From contig CAWIAD010000001.1 of the NCBI GenBank assembly GCA_963833985.1, forward strand, positions 1,920,001-1,984,000: a stretch of DNA of 64,000 bases. Direction: 5' to 3'. Made by a program: the position numbers and the translations under genes. Source of the DNA: an uncultured Planctomycetaceae bacterium (lineage in GTDB: Bacteria; Planctomycetota; Planctomycetia; Isosphaerales; Isosphaeraceae). Under the pieces are notes generated by a model that had not been told where the DNA came from, searched no databases, and was given only the letters and a program-made list of their open reading frames with translations. Below, one piece after another: positions 56,153-64,000 of the stretch; the first letter of the stretch is position 1; the number at the start of each line of letters is the position of its first letter.

Positions 56153-56488
56153 GTGGGGAAAAAAGTGTATGTTGGGAATTTGACCTACTCCGTCACGCAC
56201 TCCAACCTGGAAGAGTGGTTCGCGCAGTACGGGACCGTGCAGAGCGCCCAGGTGATCACGGACCGTGACACCGGCCGCAGCAAGGGCTTCGGCTTCGTCG
56301 AGATGGATACCGACGCCCAGGCACAGGCGGCGATCCAGGGCCTGAACGACCAGGAATTCGACGGTCGCCGCCTCACCGTCAATGAGGCGAAGCCCCGTGA
56401 ACCCCGTAGCGGTGGCCACACCGGCGGTGGCGGCGGTGGTGGCGGCGGTGGCGGTGGCTACGGCGGCAGTCGCGGCCGGCGCTATTGA
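56153..56488 (+). CDS. RRM RNA-binding protein with Gly-rich tail
   Basis: VYVGNL, KGFGFVEM, poly-G tail ending RRY; GTG start. Confidence 0.94.
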   Translation: MGKKVYVGNLTYSVTHSNLEEWFAQYGTVQSAQVITDRDTGRSKGFGFVEMDTDAQAQAAIQGLNDQEFDGRRLTVNEAKPREPRSGGHTGGGGGGGGGGGGYGGSRGRRY

Positions 56489-56603
56489 CCGTCGGCACAC
56501 GGCCATGGGAACCGGGCGGCGTCTCGCCCGTGCCTGAGCTCCCGGGCCATTGCCTGCCAACCCATTGCCTGCCAACCCAGGGCGGGCCGTGATGACACAC
56601 AAC

Positions 56604-56660
56604 GGGAGTCGCTTGAGGCTGTTCGACGAACAGCCATGGGCGGCTCCCGGCTCATTTTTC
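56604..56660 (+). terminator. Long hairpin plus T-tract after the RRM gene
   Basis: GGGAGTCGC..GGCTGTTC-GAC-GAACAGCC..GCGGCTCCC, then TTTTT. Confidence 0.55.
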
Positions 56661-56967
56661 TCGCGACCTCGCTCCGGACGCCTTGCCAGGCGGCCGGGAG
56701 TGGACCGCATGCGGGCCGGGCGCATTGTGCCCTGGATCCGCGATTTCAACGCTTTCCAAGTCCCAGCGGATCGTGTACACTCAAAAGACTTCTGCCGGGT
56801 CGGCGCGAGGCGATCCCAGAGCCGGCCCGCTGCCGCTGATCGTGGCCTCTGATCCCCGCTCAGGCCCGATCGACCGCGACTGATCGAACCCGGCGGATCA
56901 AAGTGCGAACCCTGCGTCGCGTTCAGCCTCGCGCCTGAATGCCCGTTTCCCGTCACAGGAGATCCGC

Positions 56968-57186
56968 GTGTCGAAAGAAGAACCGATACGAACCGAAGGA
57001 CGAATCGTCGAAGCCCTCCCCAACACACAGTTCACGGTTGAGCTCGAGAATGGACATCGCATCCTTGCCCACATCGCCGGCAAGATGCGCAAGAACTTCA
57101 TCCGCATCGTCCCCGGCGACCGGGTGACCGTCGAGATCACACCCTACGACCTGACCAAGGGCCGCATCGTTTACCGCGAACGCTGA
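56968..57186 (+). CDS. infA: Translation initiation factor IF-1
   Basis: [53 protein letters not shown]. Confidence 0.97.
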   Translation: MSKEEPIRTEGRIVEALPNTQFTVELENGHRILAHIAGKMRKNFIRIVPGDRVTVEITPYDLTKGRIVYRER

Positions 57187-57262
57187 ACCGGTTCGCATGC
57201 GATCGCAACCGCGAATGCGCGGAACCTTGCCTCTGGAGCCGGGCCAGCCTTGCGGCGGGTCT

Positions 57263-58264
57263 TCACTTCAGGCGCCACCAGAGATCCGCGTCCAGGGCGA
57301 GGTCTCGGGCCAGCGGCTCGATCTCGCAACGAAACCGCCCCGCGTCCACCGGATATCCGGCCGTGGGTCGTAGCCCGGGCATGCGCAGACGCCAGAAGGC
57401 ATTGAAGACGTCCATCCAGACCTCGCGGATCGTCTTGCTGACGATGGAGGCCAGCGCCACTAGCCCGCTGGCGCTATCGGCTCGGGGCGCGAGGCCCAGG
57501 TTCATGGTGCGCACGGGATCGCGTACCTGGTAGCGGCTGAGCGCAGGCCCTTCCACGCCTCGGCTGATCCAGGTCTCGGGAAACGCAGCCAGCAGGCGCT
57601 CGAAATAGTAATGCCGCCCGCCGTGCTTGTCGCCGTGAACGTCGGTGGGCCTGCCGTCGGCGGCGAGCTCCCACACGTGGACCAGCAGCTCCTGGAACGC
57701 GCTGAAATGCACGTCCGCCTTCGATGCCCGTTCCCTGAGCCGCTCGTTGAACTGCTGCGGGCCGAGGATGACCGAACGAACCTGGACGATCCGCCAGGTG
57801 CCCGAGGCGGGCTCCAGCGGCCGGCAGGCCAGCCGCGGTGGCAGCGCCTGAAGCAGGGCAGGCCGGGGCCAGCTTTCGCCAGGCTTAGGGTGGCAGAGCC
57901 AGCGATGGAGCTCGGCGGTCATCAGCGTCCCGGCGCCGACGGCGGCCAGAAGCGCTTCCGGGTTTTCCGGCAGTCGCTGTCCTGCCGCATCGATGACAGC
58001 CAGGCAGGTGGCCTCGAGCTGCTCGCGGCCGCGACCTGCGCGGAGCACCCGCTTGGAATCGTCGACCCAGAGCCGTTCCGAAGTTCCACCCGCGCGGCAG
58101 ACGGCGGAGGCCAGGTCGAGCCAGAGGTCGGGTGCAGGAGCAGGGGCCGGCCAGCCGTCGCTCGCGGCCGGAGTCGGGGCGCGGCTCTCGGCGATCACGG
58201 CTGTCATCACCAGCGGTCCCAGGTTCGGCCCGTATCCTGCCTCGTCAATCCCGACCCATCGCAC
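57263..58264 (-). CDS. RNase HII-fold protein
   Basis: GIDEAGYGPNLGPLV, DDSKR, DKHGGR, VALASIVSK, GYP. Confidence 0.78.
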   Translation of the reverse strand: MRWVGIDEAGYGPNLGPLVMTAVIAESRAPTPAASDGWPAPAPAPDLWLDLASAVCRAGGTSERLWVDDSKRVLRAGRGREQLEATCLAVIDAAGQRLPENPEALLAAVGAGTLMTAELHRWLCHPKPGESWPRPALLQALPPRLACRPLEPASGTWRIVQVRSVILGPQQFNERLRERASKADVHFSAFQELLVHVWELAADGRPTDVHGDKHGGRHYYFERLLAAFPETWISRGVEGPALSRYQVRDPVRTMNLGLAPRADSASGLVALASIVSKTIREVWMDVFNAFWRLRMPGLRPTAGYPVDAGRFRCEIEPLARDLALDADLWWRLK

Positions 58265-58359
58265 GGCGGCCTGCTCCTTGAACCTTGCCCCGACCGGCAG
58301 AAAGCAAGCTACACTTTCGGGTAGGGCTAGCAACAGGGGCAAGCGCCGGAGTTTTCGCG

Positions 58360-59187
58360 ATGCGCATTCGTTTGAAAGGCCGTTCCGCCCGGTTCAACGT
58401 CGAGTCTCTCGAGGCCCGGGAGCTGCTCAGCCACATCCACCCCTTACCTGCCGCAATCCATCGTCCTGCGCTGGTGAGCCGCTATCGGCCGGCCATCACC
58501 ACTAATCCCGCCGGGATCGCCGCCGTCACCTCGGCGCTGGAGGGCGGCCTGGGGCGGGAATGGGTCGCGCTCGTGCACTCGCAGATTCGCAATCCGCTAG
58601 CGGTGATCACCGGCTTCGCGACCGGCAAATATACTTCGTACACGATCAAGGGACTCACGGCCCAGACGCCCACCGTACAGCCCTTGTTCACCGGCCAGCC
58701 CTATGACCAGTTGCTGGCCACCGTTGCGGGGGCGTCTGTATTCAAGAGGAACGTACTCGAGCTCGGTGCGATCATGCGGGGGCCATTTCATGATCCCGCA
58801 CCTTCGTACTATGTCTTCGGCCTGAACCGCGGCGCGGGGGCGAGCCTCGGCCCCGTGTTTCCCAGCCGCCCGGGCATCACACCCGATGCACTCGTGACGC
58901 TCACCGTCGGGCCCTACGGCACCACAGCCTCGGGGACCATCACCGACCTGGTCACTCAGGCAACCCAGGTCATCGCGCCGGCGAACATCAAGATCGTGGG
59001 ACCGGTGGTACGCGTCTACCTGAACACCGCTCAGCTTCCATCGCACGGCTGGCCGCTTGCGAAGTATCACTTTGCGTTCTGGACGCAAACTCAGCCAGGC
59101 CACAACATCAGCACCGTGGCGAGCTTCGCGCCGGCCAATTCGATGATCCCCATCGACATCGTCAACTCCGTCGCGCCCACCCACTGA
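58360..59187 (+). CDS. Secreted protein with Planctomycete extracellular motif
   Basis: RFNVESLEARELLS N-terminus. Confidence 0.75.
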   Translation: MRIRLKGRSARFNVESLEARELLSHIHPLPAAIHRPALVSRYRPAITTNPAGIAAVTSALEGGLGREWVALVHSQIRNPLAVITGFATGKYTSYTIKGLTAQTPTVQPLFTGQPYDQLLATVAGASVFKRNVLELGAIMRGPFHDPAPSYYVFGLNRGAGASLGPVFPSRPGITPDALVTLTVGPYGTTASGTITDLVTQATQVIAPANIKIVGPVVRVYLNTAQLPSHGWPLAKYHFAFWTQTQPGHNISTVASFAPANSMIPIDIVNSVAPTH

Positions 59188-59299
59188 CTGATTCGCGGGA
59201 CCGGCGATGCTGCGGCAGAACACCGCCGGAGACGCGGCTCGGCGTCATCCCAGTCCGGTGCGCGCGCCTGGATTCCAGCGACCCACCGCCAGATCCTCC

Positions 59300-60193
59300 T
59301 CAGCGCGCGAATGGCGGCGGGCAGCCCGGGTCTTTCATGCGCACCTTGTAGACGCCGTCCACGGCGGTGATGGCCAGTCCTTTGCAGTCGTCGTCGCACC
59401 ACGCCAGGTTGGCCGGCCGCTTTGGCGTGGCGATGATCCCCAGCAGCTTTCCCTCCGGCTCGAAGACCCAGACGCCCATGGCAACGGCCACAAAAAGCCG
59501 GCCCAGGCTGTCCACTTTCATGCCGTCGGGCCCGCCCGGCTCGTCCGGGTTCAGGTTCAGCAGGACTCTGCCGGACGCCGGAAGAACGCCGCCCGAGGGC
59601 TCGAGGTCGAACGCGCGAACGTGGTAGCGCGCCGTGTCGCAGACGTAGAGGGTCTGCTCGTCGGGCGAGAGCGCCAGGCCGTTGGGTTTCTCGAAGTCGT
59701 CGGCCAGCAGGCGCATCGGCTCCGGGCTCGTTCCGGAGAGGTCCAGGGCATAGACGCCCTGGTAATGCAGCTCGCGGTCCTGCGGCTGAACGCCATAGGG
59801 GGGGTCGGTGAAGTAGAGCAGCCCGTCCGAGCGGGCCACGATATCGTTGGGGCTGTTGAGGCGCTTGCCGGACCAGTGTTCGATGACGGTCTGCACGTCC
59901 GATCCGTCACGGTTCATGACCGAGACGCGGCGCCCGTTCTGTTCGCAGAAGACCACCCGGCCATCGCCTGTGAACGTTTGCCCGTTGGCGGCGCCGGTAT
60001 GCTCGCGGAGCAGCTCGACATCGCCGGAGGCCGTGCGCCGGTAGGTTCGCTCGGCCTTGATGTCCTGAAAGATCAGGGATCCATCGGGAAGCCAGAGCGG
60101 ACCTTCGGTGAACTGGAAGCCAGCGGCCAGCCGCTCCAGCGTGTCGCTTTCAACGAGGCGTGTAAGCCCCGCGTCTCTCATGACCTCAGCCAT
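59300..60193 (-). CDS. SMP-30/gluconolactonase family protein
   Basis: FTEGPLW, LNSPND, YFTDPPYG, PNGLALSPD, PDGMKVD. Confidence 0.93.
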   Translation of the reverse strand: MAEVMRDAGLTRLVESDTLERLAAGFQFTEGPLWLPDGSLIFQDIKAERTYRRTASGDVELLREHTGAANGQTFTGDGRVVFCEQNGRRVSVMNRDGSDVQTVIEHWSGKRLNSPNDIVARSDGLLYFTDPPYGVQPQDRELHYQGVYALDLSGTSPEPMRLLADDFEKPNGLALSPDEQTLYVCDTARYHVRAFDLEPSGGVLPASGRVLLNLNPDEPGGPDGMKVDSLGRLFVAVAMGVWVFEPEGKLLGIIATPKRPANLAWCDDDCKGLAITAVDGVYKVRMKDPGCPPPFAR

Positions 60194-60433
60194 GGGCCAT
60201 ATCCTCGCTTGTTCGGGAGATCACGTCGATCATCACGCGGCCTGCTGATGCCCTGCCGCTGCCGGATGCGCCTCATCTGGCTCAGGCTACGTTGCCCCTT
60301 GCATTCCATTTTCCGCATCTCTCGGCTGTGGTGAGAGCCGTGCCAATGCACTAGAATGAGTCGGACGAAGAGAGAACTCGCACAAGCCGTCACGCCCCAT
60401 GGTTTGGGCTCTCGATGGGTAGGAGCGCTCGCG

Positions 60434-61814
60434 ATGCCATTGGATTCGGGCTTGCCCGATCGACAGAAGGCCAAGACCTTTTTCCAGTATGGCAATGAAG
60501 CCACGCTGAAGTCGAACCTGGATTATGCCATCGACATGTACAAGCAGGCGTGCAGGCTTGCACCAGACAACCTGAGCTACCGTCAAGCCCTGCGCGGAGT
60601 GCAGCGGCGCAAGTTCAATAACGACCCCTCGAAGGTGGGGATGCTGGTCGGCGCACGCAACCAGCCGATCCGCATGCGGGTCCGCTCGGCGCGTTTCGAA
60701 AGGGAACCTGGCACACGCCCTGGATATCTGCGAGGACGCGTTCACGCATAACCCCTGGGACGTGTCGGCAGCGCGCGAGGCGTCGGAGGCGGCCGAGCAA
60801 CTGGGTTACCTGGCGCTGGCGGAGTGGTACATCGAGTCGGTACACGCCCAGGCCAAGGACGCCGACTTCTTTCGCCATGCGGCGCGGGTGTACGAGAAGA
60901 ACGAGCACTGGCAGAAAGCGATCTCCTGCTGGGAACAGGTGAAGAAGCACGACCCTCATGACGAGAGTTCCAGCCGGCAGATCAACGCGCTGTCGGCCAG
61001 TGCCACCATCAAGCGGGCCGGGCTGGATGAAGCGCTCGAGAAACGCGGCAAGCCGGCTGACACGAGCTCCGAGGAGCTCGATGCCAAGCTGGAACGGCTC
61101 AAGCTGGAGAAGCTCTCTCCCGAGGAGCGCTGGCAGAAGGAGATTCAGGACAACCCCAACCAGACCTGGCCTTACCTCGACCTGGCCGAGCACTTCCGCA
61201 ATCGCAGCCAGTTCGACCAGGCGGAGAAGGTCCTGGCTCAAGGGCTGAAGGCAAACCCCAAGGAGCCGGTGCTCCAGCAAGCCTACGCCGAGGTCCAGAT
61301 TACCCGCATGAAGCGCGCGATCGATTCGTGGACCCAGCGCACCAAGGACCGGCCCGACGACGCGGCCGCCAGGGCCAAGCTCGACCAGTTGACCAAGCTG
61401 CTCGCCGACTACGAGATCAAGGAATTCCGAAGGCGCTCGGCCGCCAGCCCGGAAGATGCCAACCTGCATTACCAGCTTGGTCTTTGCCTGGCCCGCCTCG
61501 GCCAGCACGACGAGGCGATCGCCGAATTCCAGCAAGCACGATCCAGCCCCACGCTCAAGGTGCAGGCGCTCATTCAGGCAGGGCTCAGCTTCGAGGCGAA
61601 CCAGGCCTACAAGCTGGCGGACCGCACGTATCGCGAAGCACTCAAAACCCTTGAAGACGAGGATGTTACAAACTTCCTGTCGCTCAACTACCGGCTTGGA
61701 CGGGTGGCCGAGGCGATGGGCAATTCCGAGGTCGCCGAGGAGCATTACAACGAGGTGGCCGCCAAGGATTATTCCTACCAGGACGTCGCCCAGCGTCTGA
61801 GGAACTTGAACTGA
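60434..61814 (+). CDS. TPR protein (frameshift near 60695)
   Basis: ORFs 60356.. and 60762.. join if one T is removed (ARSKGNLAHALDICEDAFTHNPWDV); ends DYSYQDVAQRL. Confidence 0.8.
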
Positions 61815-61971
61815 AACCCTGTTCCGTGGTAACTTTCCTTTTTCGTCACGACGATCGCTTCGTGCCGATCGTCGGCGTTCGATATGAGCCGATCTGACCT
61901 CCGGCATGCCCGGTGGCGTCGTTCATTGACCGAGATCACCCAACCTCTTATTGCCGGATCATTCAGGAGCC

Positions 61972-62253
61972 ATGCCAAATTCCACTTCGGCGAGCAAGCG
62001 GCTTCGCCAGAGCGTCAAGCGACGGATGCACAACCGCATCACCAGGAAGGTCATGAAGACCTTCACGAAGAAAACGGTTCAATCGCTGAGCGAGAACAAC
62101 CTCGAACAGGCCACCACTGACTTTCGCGCCGCGGTCGCCAAGATCGACAAGGCCGGCGCACGCCGGGTGCTCCATCCGAACACGGCCGCCAGACGCAAGA
62201 GCAAGCTGGCCCGCGCCTTCGCGGCCGCCCAGGCGAAATCGGCAGGCTCCTGA
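61972..62253 (+). CDS. rpsT: 30S ribosomal protein S20
   Basis: MPNSTSASKRLRQ...IDKA..RRVLHPNTAARRKSKL; SD AGGAG. Confidence 0.96.
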   Translation: MPNSTSASKRLRQSVKRRMHNRITRKVMKTFTKKTVQSLSENNLEQATTDFRAAVAKIDKAGARRVLHPNTAARRKSKLARAFAAAQAKSAGS

Positions 62254-62342
62254 GCCGCGCGGCGAGTTCGGCCCTCCCTCAGCCGGCAGCGGCATCCATC
62301 GAGCGGCCCTGCTTTTCCTTGCCTGCCGCGGGACGGTCCGCC

Positions 62343-63033
62343 ATGGGCTCACTCGCCGAGTCTTACCCCGCCTTGCTGGAGGTGCTCGCGGTGGCGTACG
62401 GGCCGCCGAGGCCCTTGCCCGCGGGGGCCTCCGCGTTCGAGACCGTTCTCTCCGCCGTGCTCTCTGCTGCGGTCGATGAGCGGCGTGCCACTCGAATCCT
62501 GGCGGCGTTCGATGGCTCCGGGTTCCTGGATCCGTCTGCGTTCGCCAGCGCGGACCCCGCGGAGCTGGCCGATTGTCTGCGCGAATCATCGCTGAAGCTC
62601 GCGCCGCGGACCATCACTCTGCTGATCCGCCTGGCACGGTGGTGCCTTGACCCCAGCGGCGACCAGCATCCGGAGACTGCGCCGGACCCGGACAGCGCCC
62701 GGGACCAGCGCGGCGCTCGCGGCGATTCGCGGTGTCGGGCCCGCCACGGCAGACGCGATTCTGCTGGCCCTGGGCCGTGCGGTCTATCCGATGGACCGGG
62801 CCTCGTATCGCATCCTCGTCCGGCACGGCTGGATCGATGCCGGATTCGAGTACCGCGAGGCCAGCGAGCTGGTCTCGTTGCATGCCGCGGGGAACCATGA
62901 GGAGCTGGCGCGGCTCTCCTTTGGAATGCAGCGCGTGGGCCGCGAGTTCTGCGTTCCACGAGCGCCACGCTGTGAGCGCTGTCCGCTGCGCGGCCTGCTG
63001 CCGGAAGGCGGTCCCGTCGACCCCGAAGGCTGA
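62343..63033 (+). CDS. HhH-GPD / endonuclease III-like protein (frameshift near 62700)
   Basis: LAAIRGVGPATADAILL HhH motif; C-x6-C-x2-C end (FCVPRAPRCERCPL). Confidence 0.8.
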
Positions 63034-63194
63034 GCTTCCGGGCCAAACCCGCGCCCGTTCCCTGGCCACCGGGAAGCCGCGCTTCGAGGGGCGGCCCGCG
63101 CATTGCTCGACCAGTCGTGCGGGACATGGGATGATCTTCAGCGTGTCTCGTCTTCCGTCCGGGAACAGCGCCAGGGAGCACGCCAGGGACCACC

Positions 63195-63697
63195 ATGAGC
63201 GAATACCAGCTCGAAGGGCCAAAGCCGGCACGCATGTACGAGGTGATCCTGCCGAAGAAGCTCGGCTACTTCGGCAAGGTTCAGGAAGTGCTGGAAGACC
63301 TGTTCGATGAGAAAGCCATCCGCGCCATCCCGTTCGTGAAGAAGTCGATCGCGCGAGGCGGCGCGAGCCGGACTTCGACGAGGAGTCGTGGATCAAGGCG
63401 CTCTGCCAGGCCTCGCGCGGGTACTCGATCTACGAGATGGACGGACGCTATCTCTCGTACAGCGGGCCCGTCGACGAACGGGTGCTGGTGATCCGGTTCA
63501 TCTTCCACAACTTCGCCTCGGAAGCGGACGCTGACGTGAAGACCGATTTCCTGGCCATGTCGATGGAGGTGGTGAACCACCTGGTCGCCCACCGCTTCGC
63601 CAACGAGCTTGGCGTGGAGGAGGAAATCTGGTTTGTTGAATATCACCAGCCTCAACTGTCGATCTGGCGCAAGCGGCGGCCGGCCGGTGAATCGTGA
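63195..63697 (+). CDS. Hypothetical protein (frameshift near 63360)
   Basis: MSEYQLEGPKPARMYEVILPKK... joins ...SRGYSIYEMDGRY...DERVLVIRFIF...EEEIWFVEY. Confidence 0.65.
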
Positions 63698-63723
63698 AGC
63701 CGCTCCGCCCGAGGGAACCAGCC

Positions 63724-64000
63724 ATGACCGCTCTGGAGTTGTTGATCGAGCGCTACGCCCTTGGAGGCTCGGTGCTCCTGTACGCCGTGCACGGGCTGAG
63801 CGCCGAACAAGCCTCCGCGCGGCCAGGCCCGGGTGCCTGGAGCATCACCGAGCTGGCCGCTCATCTGGTGGATAGCGACCTTGTGGGGATTGAAAGAATG
63901 AAGCGGGTGATCGCCGACGACGAGCCCTCACTTCTCAATTACGACGAGGACGCGTGGATCTCGAGGCTCCGCTCGCAGGAGATGCCCGTCGAGGAAGCCG
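63724..64000 (+). CDS. DinB-family protein (truncated at window end)
   Basis: PGAWSITELAAHLVDSD...RMKRVIADDEP.L.NYDEDAW. Confidence 0.8.
   Translation, partial: MTALELLIERYALGGSVLLYAVHGLSAEQASARPGPGAWSITELAAHLVDSDLVGIERMKRVIADDEPSLLNYDEDAWISRLRSQEMPVEEA

Noticed and set aside
56547..56580. Short tandem duplication CCATTGCCTGCCAAC
   Set aside because: Two copies only, intergenic; probably local slippage.

Overview
High-GC Planctomycetota DNA, probably Isosphaeraceae-like (DUF1559 prepilin gene, 'LEGRQLLS/LEARELLS' extracellular N-termini, ECF sigma plus giant Ser/Thr kinase). The backbone is housekeeping genes: clpC, metG, parA-like, yebC, dapL, folK, smpB, ssrA, infA, an RNase HII-like gene and rpsT. 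It carries two complete IS elements (IS630-like 8136-9368; ISKra4-like 33153-34892 with a 9-bp target duplication), GTAG-type REP palindromes and short tandem repeats. Three accessory regions stand out. (i) A divergent TIGR03032/beta-helix <-> ECF/kinase locus has a displaced orphan 3' gene end downstream of each arm. (ii) A region after tmRNA, with no integrase visible, holds three type II toxin-antitoxin pairs; two of them lie cassette-like between three copies of a structured ~64-bp core direct repeat (50113, 51368, 52350). (iii) An RRM-small gene-RRM-infA cluster. About a dozen genes show single-base frameshifts that look like long-read or assembly errors, so several ORF-track entries are split or fused artefacts. 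All family calls come from motif recognition, not database searches.
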